Origin: a virus
Taxonomy: Duplodnaviria > Heunggongvirae > Uroviricota > Caudoviricetes
Length of the DNA stretch: 34,280 nucleotides
Virus record (IMG/VR): IMGVR_UViG_3300020577_013140
Location: 148,381-182,660 of that record
Direction: 5' to 3' (one strand)
Shown here: piece by piece, positions 1 through 8,623 of the stretch
Numbering within the stretch: position 1 is the stretch's first letter
Layout: every line of letters begins with the position of its first letter
Notes under the pieces: model-generated
Seen by the model: the letters and a program-made list of their open reading frames with translations, nothing else
Told to the model about the DNA's origin: nothing
The model's database searches: none
Program-made: the position numbers and the translations under genes

Positions 1-98
1 CGTCGGTCGGGGAGCTCGATAACTCGCCCGACCGGGGTAGAAGTAGTCGAAATAGAAGTAGTAGAATCAGAAGAATCAGAAGTTAGAACAGAACTCAT
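1..98 (-). CDS. Partial hypothetical protein (5' end only; Ser/Thr-rich N-terminus MSSVLTSDSSDSTTSISTTSTPVGRVIELPDR...)
   Basis: ATG at 98-96 on the minus strand, 51 nt after the polymerase stop; the frame stays open to the window edge (translated by hand). Confidence 0.5.
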   Translation of the reverse strand, partial: MSSVLTSDSSDSTTSISTTSTPVGRVIELPDR

Positions 99-149
99 GT
101 TAATTTTGGGCCATTTAGGCCAATCACTCAATAGAACCAATCGCAGAAG

Positions 150-2948
150 TTACTTCCACAACCAGGTCTTTTTCTCGAAATCCCATTTGGTCTCTTTGCT
201 GAAGACAACTTCCTTGCCCTTCCACCGATCAGATACCACCATTTCCATGCCAAGTCGATCGCCCGTTGCGATACGGCAGCCTTCGGTGAAGTAGTATTTC
301 GCGAGCTCAGGGAAATAGTTATCCCGCATCAAGTCCTTATGAACAATCCAGTAAGAAGCATCGTGCACGGAGTTGACTGGGATGACTCGGTTCATCCATA
401 GTCCCTCCTTTTGCAACTGCTTTTTCATGCTGACAGACACGTCCCACAGAAACAAAGCGAGTTCGCTGGCAATGGGATAAGCCAGTGATTCGTTTTGCCA
501 TCCGGCGATAATGCCGAAGCGGTCAGACTGGTCAAACCAGTACTTAATTCCTCGGGCATTTTCGATGTAGCCTCCAGCCACCTGAGCCTTGCATGCTTCT
601 CGATAGCGCATGTACTGTTCGTACCGATGCCAGGTCGATAGTGCATACTCGATATCTTCCATCTTCACATAAATACCTGATTCAGCGAAGATTTCCGATT
701 GGATAGGCAGGGCTGCAGCAGACAACTCGGACGTGTAGGCTACCCGGAATGTGATGGCCTTTGCCGACACATACTTCGAGTAGTCATCCTTTCCGATCTT
801 TGGATCCCGGAAGTATTCCCGGGCCTTTGTAAGATGGAATCCTCCTTGAAGGATATCCGTGATGTAATCTTGGTCCCTCGAAAGAAAAGCAGCAATTGCC
901 AGGTCCGCCCCGGCCACGTCAACCTCCGCCCAATGGAAATCTTCTTTCCCTGGGTAGAAGATGTGCCGGATATTCCTTGGAATAAGGTGGTCGTATTTCT
1001 TTCGATCCTCTTTGGAAAGAGACGCATAACCTGGCACGAAAATGTCAGGAATATGACTCAAGACCTTGGACGCCGGATTCTGTACGTTCGGCTTGGAGCT
1101 GCTTCGGAAATTGTTGAGACATTCGAAGAAATCAGCATGGATGCGCTTGTCGTTACACAAGGCGCCCCAATAGGACTGCTTCAGCGGCTCATCTTCTTCC
1201 TCTTCCTCTGCATCCAGGTTTGCCGGATCTTCCAGGTCCTTGACGAACTCCGTTCCCCGTCGGTCTAGGAACTTGTTTGCAAATACACCCACACGGTTCA
1301 AGCTCAGCAGCACTGATACAATACGTAGCTTTTGCTCCAGTGGGGTGCGCTCTTCTGCAGGCAACTTAGGATGTGCCTCAAGATACTGCAGCAACTCGAA
1401 CTTGATCGTCGCCAGCGACTTGTTGTTCGTGCTCGGTTGGTACTGCTCTTGTACGTCTTTCTTCTGCTTCACATACCACGCTCTGGGCTTTGGTGACTTG
1501 CCTGATTTCGTGTAATAGGCGGGGTTTAGCTTCAGATGGTCGTACAACAACTTCTTCTTGTCAGGAGAAGAAGCCGGATTGAAGTCAGGCATCATCGGAG
1601 TAACCAACTCCAGCAACTGTGCCTTCAGCTCACTAAACTTCGAAGAGAACTTGGTGCTCAAGTCCTCCAGGATTACTGTGTCAATTGGGATGCCGTACAT
1701 CTCCAGGTCGACAAAGTAATTGGATAGAGGCAGGTACGTATCGAAGTAATACGCCTGTACCGGTTTGGGAACATGTTGCCTCATGTACTCCCGCATGTTT
1801 ACGCAGGCCGTACGATGCGCAACCGCATCACCGGCACAGTATCGCCAATACACATCAGGCGCCAGCTGCTTCAACTTGACCAGGTCTTTCGGTGTCAGTT
1901 TATGCTCACGAAGGGCCCGTGTCAGCGGCATGTAGTACGGGTCGTACTTCGTGAACTTCTTGATTCCTGTTTCCAACCCCTTGGGGTAACGCGAATCAAA
2001 GAAAGCCACGGCCTTCATTCCATCGAAGCCCAATGTTTCTTCCCGTGGGCGAATGCCTCGCTGGATTAGGCGTTTGTCGTCAGCACGTACGTTCCAGCCA
2101 ACACGGTCAGCCTTTGGATGCTCCAATATCAGTCGCATCGTGTTCAGCAACTCCTGGTTCTCCTCCACCAGGTCCGGGCTGATGTCCAGGATGATGGCAT
2201 GATGCGGCTCACACGAGTATTGGAAAGTGGTCATGACCTCTTCCCCGTTAGCCATCTTACCTGGTGACCATTCGGCGTCATAACCGATTGTCCATAGCCC
2301 TCGGTTCATGTAGTCGACAAGGATCTCGATATTGCGCTCCGGCGTGTTAACGATCTCCCAGGTAAACGCCTGATAGTCCAGGTCGTCATCGAGGTACCGG
2401 CGTGCCAACACGAATGCGTCCTGGAATTGAGTACGCTTCTTCGGATCCTGGGTGAGAATCATACCTGGGGAGTAATTCGGCAGAATCTTCCCGTAAGGAG
2501 AATCAACAAGTTCACCCAGGTAATCGGACTGCTTCATGTTGGCCTTCATGACCCACTTGAAGACCTCAGCACCCATGGTCATGATCAAGTCAGGCTTGAC
2601 CATGGCGATTTCATATTCCAGCCATGGGGCACACTCGGCGATTTGTTCGGCGGTTGGTTTGGGCTTTTTCCCAATACCATACTTGACCATAGTCGTTACA
2701 TACAGGTCGCCGATGTTGATTCCTGCCGCCGTACAGGCGTTCTGCACCTCGGTGAGGTATTCTCCACTCAGGATACGCTGGGAGTCGAGGTCGTTGAAGT
2801 TAGGGTGGGACAAAATGAGCATGACCTTGGCGTCCCTGTTGCCAGTAGGAGGTAACCACATTTTTGGTCTTCCTCCGTCTTCCGGAGCGACGTATCGCAC
2901 CCGGAATAGATCTGCTTCGTTAATTGCGGGTTGTTCTGTGTCTGCCAT
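150..2948 (-). CDS. polA: Family A DNA polymerase with N-terminal uracil-DNA glycosylase (family 4)-like domain and 3'-5' exonuclease domain
   Basis: 932 aa. UDG-like segment (YVTTMVK...PTAEQIAECAPWLEYEIAMVKPDLIMTMG). Exonuclease motifs (GYDAE, GWNVRAD, YCAGD). PolA motifs: SSSKPNVQN, motif A DVAGADL, motif B AKAITFRVAY, motif C VHD. Confidence 0.9.
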   Translation of the reverse strand: MADTEQPAINEADLFRVRYVAPEDGGRPKMWLPPTGNRDAKVMLILSHPNFNDLDSQRILSGEYLTEVQNACTAAGINIGDLYVTTMVKYGIGKKPKPTAEQIAECAPWLEYEIAMVKPDLIMTMGAEVFKWVMKANMKQSDYLGELVDSPYGKILPNYSPGMILTQDPKKRTQFQDAFVLARRYLDDDLDYQAFTWEIVNTPERNIEILVDYMNRGLWTIGYDAEWSPGKMANGEEVMTTFQYSCEPHHAIILDISPDLVEENQELLNTMRLILEHPKADRVGWNVRADDKRLIQRGIRPREETLGFDGMKAVAFFDSRYPKGLETGIKKFTKYDPYYMPLTRALREHKLTPKDLVKLKQLAPDVYWRYCAGDAVAHRTACVNMREYMRQHVPKPVQAYYFDTYLPLSNYFVDLEMYGIPIDTVILEDLSTKFSSKFSELKAQLLELVTPMMPDFNPASSPDKKKLLYDHLKLNPAYYTKSGKSPKPRAWYVKQKKDVQEQYQPSTNNKSLATIKFELLQYLEAHPKLPAEERTPLEQKLRIVSVLLSLNRVGVFANKFLDRRGTEFVKDLEDPANLDAEEEEEDEPLKQSYWGALCNDKRIHADFFECLNNFRSSSKPNVQNPASKVLSHIPDIFVPGYASLSKEDRKKYDHLIPRNIRHIFYPGKEDFHWAEVDVAGADLAIAAFLSRDQDYITDILQGGFHLTKAREYFRDPKIGKDDYSKYVSAKAITFRVAYTSELSAAALPIQSEIFAESGIYVKMEDIEYALSTWHRYEQYMRYREACKAQVAGGYIENARGIKYWFDQSDRFGIIAGWQNESLAYPIASELALFLWDVSVSMKKQLQKEGLWMNRVIPVNSVHDASYWIVHKDLMRDNYFPELAKYYFTEGCRIATGDRLGMEMVVSDRWKGKEVVFSKETKWDFEKKTWLWK

Positions 2949-2954
2949 ATGAAG

Positions 2955-4448
2955 TTAAATGCCTGCGAGTAATGATGGTGGTACAGGCGGTCCACCCGTT
3001 GAAGGGGGTTGTAACAATTGTCGCATATCCCCTTGATGTTGGAAATTACCTGAGGACATGGCGGTGTGTACTCCGGCCGGTGTGCCTGGCGGCGGAGGTG
3101 TGACTGATCCAATGGACTGCGCGTCCCCAGGACCATCCGCCTTTTCAATGAACTTCATCCACTTCAAGTCGCCATGCAGCGGAAGCCTAAAGTTCTTCGC
3201 ATGCCGGTTCTTGAGGGAGAATATTTCAAAGTTATCGGAAGCAGGATTCTCGCGACCGATGCCCAGTACCGTTTCCGGTTTGTGGACAATACCTTTGAAC
3301 CCAGCGATTTCGTCATTCGAAAAATAGATTTTGACCTTTCCTTTCGCTTGGTGCAAAACCCACATTCCGAAGTGCTTACCTGTGTCGGCGATTGGTTGAT
3401 GGGAAATCTCATCCAACTCCTTTACCACCCGCCCTTCCTTAATCCAGTCCTGCTCCCCAGGCTGTACGCTCTCCGGCTCCATAAACTGAAGCTGATCGAC
3501 GACTAGCAGTTCGAACATGAAGCCGTGCTTGACTGCGTAATCGTCGACAAGCTGTTTTAGCTGCGTGGGCTTCATCGGGGTCATGCCCTTAAGGTCCAAC
3601 AAGACCAGGTTTTCTTGAAGGAGCTTCATACGTGGGGCATCAGTATCGGATGCGATCTTCTGCTCCAGCTCAAGGTATCCGCTGCCATTATGAAGGCTGG
3701 TGTAGTCAACCTCGAATACCGCTGCGTACATACGGTTTGCGATATCTTCCTTTTCTTCCTCCATCGAGCAGTAAATAACCTTGTGACCGGCCAATGCCGC
3801 ACCACGAGCAATCGATGTACCCATCGCTGTTTTACCACCACCAGAGTGCCCTACGATGAGTCCAAACTCTCTGTAGCCGACACCGCCACCAAGGGCCGCA
3901 TTTAGCTTCGCGAACCCCGTAGGGATCATGGAGCAAATAGACTTCTTAAGAATGGTGGCAAATGGGCTTACGAAGCGTTCATCGACCGGGATCTCGGAGT
4001 CGTCCAGCGTGTCGAGTGGGAAGATTACCTTGCGGTATTCCGTAGCCAGTCGCTCCAAATCTCCGCCTGCCTCGGCGACGATCTTGGCAGACCGCCGCGC
4101 CTTGATGAATTTGGGAAGCAACTCAACGACGTAGCTTTCCATCAGTTGAGTGTTCCCGACAAGACGTAGGAGCAGGTGCGGCAGTTGCTCGTAAACAGCA
4201 GGAGATAGCCCTTGGGCGGCCCTCCGGCCGAAATGGATTTTAAGCACATCCAGCAGGATTGGTGCCTCTCCAATTTCCAGAAGAACTTCAGCGACGATTT
4301 TGTAGAGAGGCAGCTGGTACTCTCCAGGAGGCAGGAAATCGTCAGGGGACAGTCCTAACGACTTCGCCTTTTTCATGACCACCGAAGAGTGCATCAAGTG
4401 GCGTAGAACCAGCTCGGACATGTCCTGGCTATTGTAATTTTCGCTCAT
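2955..4448 (-). CDS. dnaB: DnaB/RecA-fold (SF4) replicative DNA helicase
   Basis: TGFAKLNAALGGG, Walker A GHSGGGKT, SMEE, Walker B LLVVDQLQ, HQ motif, KNRH arginine finger; adjacent to the polymerase. Confidence 0.88.
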   Translation of the reverse strand: MSENYNSQDMSELVLRHLMHSSVVMKKAKSLGLSPDDFLPPGEYQLPLYKIVAEVLLEIGEAPILLDVLKIHFGRRAAQGLSPAVYEQLPHLLLRLVGNTQLMESYVVELLPKFIKARRSAKIVAEAGGDLERLATEYRKVIFPLDTLDDSEIPVDERFVSPFATILKKSICSMIPTGFAKLNAALGGGVGYREFGLIVGHSGGGKTAMGTSIARGAALAGHKVIYCSMEEEKEDIANRMYAAVFEVDYTSLHNGSGYLELEQKIASDTDAPRMKLLQENLVLLDLKGMTPMKPTQLKQLVDDYAVKHGFMFELLVVDQLQFMEPESVQPGEQDWIKEGRVVKELDEISHQPIADTGKHFGMWVLHQAKGKVKIYFSNDEIAGFKGIVHKPETVLGIGRENPASDNFEIFSLKNRHAKNFRLPLHGDLKWMKFIEKADGPGDAQSIGSVTPPPPGTPAGVHTAMSSGNFQHQGDMRQLLQPPSTGGPPVPPSLLAGI

Positions 4449-4984
4449 AGGGCTCGTAGTCTTGACACATTTTGAGCAGCCACGCCGGACAAGAATGTCA
4501 GCAACTCCTCAGTTAACTCGCTTTTTGCTTCATCCTTGTATCGATCGATGATTGATTGCACAGGCTTAACTGTAGCAACAATACGGAACCACGCGCTGAA
4601 TGGCAGCACGTGGTCCAGCAGGATGTCTTCAACTGGTCTCTTTGTCCGGTCAATGGCCGTCTTCAGCAAAGCAATCTGGGTGGTCCAAAGTTGCTTCGGA
4701 GAAACGGTTTCGTAGTTGGCGGTAAACCGCTTGGCCACTTCGAGGGCCTTGCTACCTTGAAGCTGATTGGGAAAGAAGTTATCAACCCCATCCTTCACAT
4801 ACGCCTGATACAAGGCGGTGCAGTAGTCTTCCGGGGTGATCTTGGCGGCGATGCAATTCCGTGCCCCAGCGTCAAGAGCCTGCTCGAGGTCGTTGCTCCC
4901 CCGGTAATTAGGCATTTTGCCTCGGCGATACTTGATGTACGCCGCTCGCAATCGATTCTTTATGTCGTCAAATGTCAGCTCCAT
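4445..4984 (-). CDS. Hypothetical protein (replication cluster)
   Basis: 179 aa ORF overlapping both neighbours (ATGA coupling with the helicase); no recognisable motif. Confidence 0.75.
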   Translation of the reverse strand: MELTFDDIKNRLRAAYIKYRRGKMPNYRGSNDLEQALDAGARNCIAAKITPEDYCTALYQAYVKDGVDNFFPNQLQGSKALEVAKRFTANYETVSPKQLWTTQIALLKTAIDRTKRPVEDILLDHVLPFSAWFRIVATVKPVQSIIDRYKDEAKSELTEELLTFLSGVAAQNVSRLRAL

Positions 4985-6119
4985 ATCTTGTCATCCATAG
5001 CTCGACCAAGGCGTGGTAATGTCGATTCAACGCCACATGATCCACAGACCGAGGTAGTTTGGTGGTCTTGTAGGCTTCATCGATTTTCTTGCCCATGGTA
5101 TCGGCGTACTCTACGAGTTGTTCGTATTTCCATCCGCCATTGCGGATTTCAATCAACTCGCCTGCGTCCGGCCGGCGCACCAGTACTTGCCCCGTAGTCA
5201 GGATCTCAAAACCCATGCGCAGTAAGCGCACCAGGTGCATGGAGTGTTTTACATCGTAACCGAACTTAGCTTCAAGAACTTTCCGTTCAGGATTGCGGTT
5301 GGCCTCCCACCGAACGTAGGACTCGTAAGCCCGAAGAGCCTTCTGGTAGTCATGCTCCCTGGAGATCACGGCTGTAAGCTCGTCAGACAAGTTCAACTCG
5401 CTTTGCAGTTTACTGATGGCTGCCTTCCAATGCTCGTCAGGCCAGTTATCCCAGTCGACGACTTTTCCATTTGAAAGGAGGTACACCAGTTCCCAGCAAC
5501 GCTCCTTTAACTCGCTCCGTTCCAGATCGTCGAGACGATATTGATGGAAGTTCCACTCCTCAATCAGCTTGCTAAGCTCACGGGCAATTGTTTCCACCGC
5601 CCTTGGCCTCTCCTCCGGCAACCCGAAATCACTGCGTTTCGGCTTTTCAGTAGTCGGGTCAAGTAGCCACTTCCGATGCCGGTTTATCTTGTTGAGCTGC
5701 GCAATGGCGTATCCAGTAAAAGTAAACTTAGCCTTGCTCGATAAGAATTCCGCACGTCTTCCTTGCAGCTCGTCAAAGAGTGGCACGGTAACAAGGTGGT
5801 CACTGCGGTCAGTGTAGAGTACCTCGATGATGTTCGGGTTAACGTCAGCCGCCAGCTTAAAGAACTTCTTCAGGCTATAGACGTTACTCTCCACCTTTGG
5901 GTTTAGTGGGTTAACGCGAGCTACCACCGGGTCCCAACTATGAATCTCTGGCGCATTCTCGGCTTGCTCGAACCCTTGAAATAAGTGATCACGAACCTGG
6001 ATAGGAGGAATGCACACTCCTTTGACGTCCAAGTCCGATAATGAATGATTAAGACCGTAAGCTTGAGAGCCATGAACGGTCAAAAAGAGAGTGCTGCCGC
6101 GCAGCCAAGAAAAGTCCAT
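4968..6119 (-). CDS. Pol-beta superfamily nucleotidyltransferase (PF10127 / RlaP / YcgL-like)
   Basis: GSQAYGL...SDLDVKGV (GS + DxD signature), NPNIIEVL, and C-terminal YDVKHSMHLVRLL...IRNG typical of this family. Confidence 0.85.
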   Translation of the reverse strand: MDFSWLRGSTLFLTVHGSQAYGLNHSLSDLDVKGVCIPPIQVRDHLFQGFEQAENAPEIHSWDPVVARVNPLNPKVESNVYSLKKFFKLAADVNPNIIEVLYTDRSDHLVTVPLFDELQGRRAEFLSSKAKFTFTGYAIAQLNKINRHRKWLLDPTTEKPKRSDFGLPEERPRAVETIARELSKLIEEWNFHQYRLDDLERSELKERCWELVYLLSNGKVVDWDNWPDEHWKAAISKLQSELNLSDELTAVISREHDYQKALRAYESYVRWEANRNPERKVLEAKFGYDVKHSMHLVRLLRMGFEILTTGQVLVRRPDAGELIEIRNGGWKYEQLVEYADTMGKKIDEAYKTTKLPRSVDHVALNRHYHALVELWMTRYGADI

Positions 6120-6122
6120 AAA

Positions 6123-6617
6123 TCAAAGTTCTATTCTACGTAGTTCTTCACCACCGGCCACAGTGGCACGAGCGATGGCCTCCCGAGCCCGTTGCAGCAA
6201 GAGGTTTGAAAGGTTACGGGTCCCACGACAGGAAGGATACCCAGTGCAGCCTAGAAACGCCTGGCCGTTTAGTCGGTTGTGCCTCACGACCATCGGCTTT
6301 TGACAGACACCACACTTCTCTGACGACGCATCGATCCTGGCTTGTTGACCACAGGTGGGGCAAGAGGTTGTAGTGTGGCGCACAGAGGACTCAGCCGCAG
6401 TAGGGCGGTTCCATATCCCACTATGCTGAGGAGTCGTCGCAGGCGGTTGTGAAAACAAGCTGTTCAAACCAACTTGCGCTCCCAGGTATCCGCGAATTTG
6501 TTCTTTTATCGGGTCAACTTCCGCGGCTAGTTGCGATGGCGGAGTCGAGTTACGCAGGAGCTTTAATATCCACTCTACTGCTTGAGGATATTGCTCATAA
6601 AGGGTCTGTGTGCTCAT
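6123..6617 (-). CDS. Protein with C-terminal topoisomerase-type C4 zinc ribbon
   Basis: CPTCG and CGVCQKPMVVR...FLGCTGYPSCRGT, matching the zf-C4_Topoisom pattern. Confidence 0.8.
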   Translation of the reverse strand: MSTQTLYEQYPQAVEWILKLLRNSTPPSQLAAEVDPIKEQIRGYLGAQVGLNSLFSQPPATTPQHSGIWNRPTAAESSVRHTTTSCPTCGQQARIDASSEKCGVCQKPMVVRHNRLNGQAFLGCTGYPSCRGTRNLSNLLLQRAREAIARATVAGGEELRRIEL

Positions 6618-7554
6618 AGTTTCGCCATTCGTTGTATAGCGTGAAGCTGAGTTGATCCGTCGTCATTTCGTCAGGTGACGGAAAGCCGTATGGCCCAAGG
6701 TCGACATTTAAGGCTCGCAGTCCGTAAGCCCGTAGCGAAGCCGCAACACGGCGACCAATCGCTTGGGCAACGTCCTGAGCGTCAAGACATACGATTATAT
6801 TCTTCCAGTTGGTCAAGAGTTGCACTTGGGCATCCGTCAGGTCCTTGCCGAAGCAAGCCACTGCATTAGGCAGTTTCAATGCCTTCTTGACACCCTCAAC
6901 CAATACGACTGTCTGATACTGCCTGGCCTTGTCGTAGTTGAACAAGTACTGCCCCTTGTTGAACAAGTGGTAGTATTTGACTGCATCTTCTCGATCACCG
7001 TATGTGGTCCCGGGTATAGACCTCATTTGCCAGCCAACCAACTCGTTGTTGAACCGCACCGGGAAGATCAGCCTCTCAGCCGATGAAATAAACGGGCGAC
7101 TGGAGAAGGTCATTCCAGCGTCACAAGGGCAATAGCAAATCCCGTATTCAGTGGCGTACCGATCCAAATCGAACAGATGATCTTTGTGCAGGAACTTGAC
7201 GGCCGGATGGTCCAAAGGCAACTGGTTCACCGGAATAAACCGAAGACCTGGCATCTGCCTCGCCATCGGGTTTTCCTTTTTGGGCTCCAACTCCACAGTG
7301 GACTGTGCTGTGCCAGATACCCTGATAAATTGGTCCCCGACCAGCTCAGCCTCCTGCATAGGCATCTCACAAATGAAGCACCTATTGAACAGTCGATCCA
7401 GGTGTACGTATCGCTTGAACTTCTTTTTGTCCCTTGCGGTACAAGTTGGACAAGCGATACGTACCCATCCGTTCGAGGCCGGTTTTACCGTTCCGAATTT
7501 CTCTCGTAGTTTCGAAAGTACACGGACCTCGTTCTCGTTCATAAGAATTAGCAA
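6595..7554 (-). CDS. dnaG: DnaG-type DNA primase (zinc finger + TOPRIM), divergent
   Basis: N-terminal CPTC...CFIC, RLIFPV...VGWQMR, KYY...LFNYD, TOPRIM-like LVEG, AVACFGK, CLDAQD. Confidence 0.8.
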   Translation of the reverse strand: MLILMNENEVRVLSKLREKFGTVKPASNGWVRIACPTCTARDKKKFKRYVHLDRLFNRCFICEMPMQEAELVGDQFIRVSGTAQSTVELEPKKENPMARQMPGLRFIPVNQLPLDHPAVKFLHKDHLFDLDRYATEYGICYCPCDAGMTFSSRPFISSAERLIFPVRFNNELVGWQMRSIPGTTYGDREDAVKYYHLFNKGQYLFNYDKARQYQTVVLVEGVKKALKLPNAVACFGKDLTDAQVQLLTNWKNIIVCLDAQDVAQAIGRRVAASLRAYGLRALNVDLGPYGFPSPDEMTTDQLSFTLYNEWRNYEHTDPL

Positions 7555-7605
7555 ACAAACTACACCTGCTCGGCCAATTGGTTCAGTCGGGCCACTTCAC
7601 GAGTA

Positions 7606-8256
7606 TCAACCGTTAGTGGGGCCGGGCGACGCCGCCAAAGACGGCCCCAGCAACGCTGGATAAAGTTTTTCAAGTGAGACATCGTTAGATTGATTGATGT
7701 TGAGATCGGGGCGATGCGCGATAACCGCCTCGACAATTGTTTCAATTTGTTCTGGTACTCCTGGGAGTGCCTTGTACGGGATATTTCGCGCTTCCAGTAC
7801 CTTCCTGATCCGGGCGTCCAACTGCTCGGCCTCTGTCTTCGTTTGAAGCCTCCCGATCGGGTTATAACGCTTTCGGCGTTCGATAAAGAAGTTCAGGTTG
7901 TCGTAAGACCAATGCTCTGCGAGCACCATCTCAACAAAGGCAGCACGTGTCTGCTCGCGTTTCTGGGCGTCATAGATAAGGGAGTTGATCAATGGGGAGT
8001 CAGTGATAATGACATCAACCTTACCGTTCAACCGGAAAAGGCGGTTCTGCTGCTTCCCGAATACGTAAAGCTGGTTATTCAGCACATCAAAAGACTGCTG
8101 CCAAACCATGTCTTTCGCGTACTCAAGCGCCATCTCGCAATTCACTCCCAACCATTTCAGTGAGGCAAACACGCCTGCACAGAATGTAGATTTACCTGCA
8201 CCTGGGCCGGCAAATAAGTTTACGACTGTCGTCTTCTTAGAGGGTTCCACCTGCAT
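7606..8256 (-). CDS. P-loop NTPase / kinase-like protein (AAA_28, NadR-like)
   Basis: NLFAGPGAGKST, EYAK, IITDSPL, GRLQT. Start moved to ATG 8256 so that it follows the upstream stop at 8282. Confidence 0.8.
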   Translation of the reverse strand: MQVEPSKKTTVVNLFAGPGAGKSTFCAGVFASLKWLGVNCEMALEYAKDMVWQQSFDVLNNQLYVFGKQQNRLFRLNGKVDVIITDSPLINSLIYDAQKREQTRAAFVEMVLAEHWSYDNLNFFIERRKRYNPIGRLQTKTEAEQLDARIRKVLEARNIPYKALPGVPEQIETIVEAVIAHRPDLNINQSNDVSLEKLYPALLGPSLAASPGPTNG

Positions 8257-8281
8257 CGTCTTTGCTTTCTCCTCAGTCTTC

Positions 8282-8623
8282 TTAGCTGGCTTGGTCAGCC
8301 AAGCGGTCAAACACCGAGATCTGACCAATGAGTATTCCACCCTCTTCCAGTTTATCCCACGACTTGCCAAAGTACTTAGCGATCACCTTAGCGTCACTTT
8401 CTGGGATCTCCTGCACCTTACACTTCTTGACGACCGCCTCACCACTGTCGACAGTTATGTATTCGTTAGTACCAAAGTAAATCTCGACTTCATTCGTGAT
8501 TTTCGTGACGACTCTGGTCTTCCACTCCTCCCACACAGGCTTGCGTACAACCCATGTCGAATTAACATCGAATTCGTCAGCCCAGTTGTCGCCATATTTC
8601 ACCAACACATAGTCTTCAGCCAT
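8282..8623 (-). CDS. Hypothetical protein
   Basis: 113 aa ORF coupled to the helicase stop (1-nt overlap). Confidence 0.7.
   Translation of the reverse strand: MAEDYVLVKYGDNWADEFDVNSTWVVRKPVWEEWKTRVVTKITNEVEIYFGTNEYITVDSGEAVVKKCKVQEIPESDAKVIAKYFGKSWDKLEEGGILIGQISVFDRLADQAS

Noticed and set aside
4-34. Inverted repeat CGGTCGGG...CCCGACCG
   Set aside because: Lies inside a probable coding frame at the window edge with no U-tract; context is missing.
37-95. AGAAGT/AGAATC-like short repeats
   Set aside because: Explained by Ser/Thr/Asp codons of the partial minus-strand ORF; too irregular to call iterons.
1180-1260. Acidic insertion (DLEDPANLDAEEEEEDEP) in the polymerase considered as an intein or intron
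   Set aside because: Short and in frame, with no intein terminal residues or homing-endonuclease motifs; likely a surface loop.
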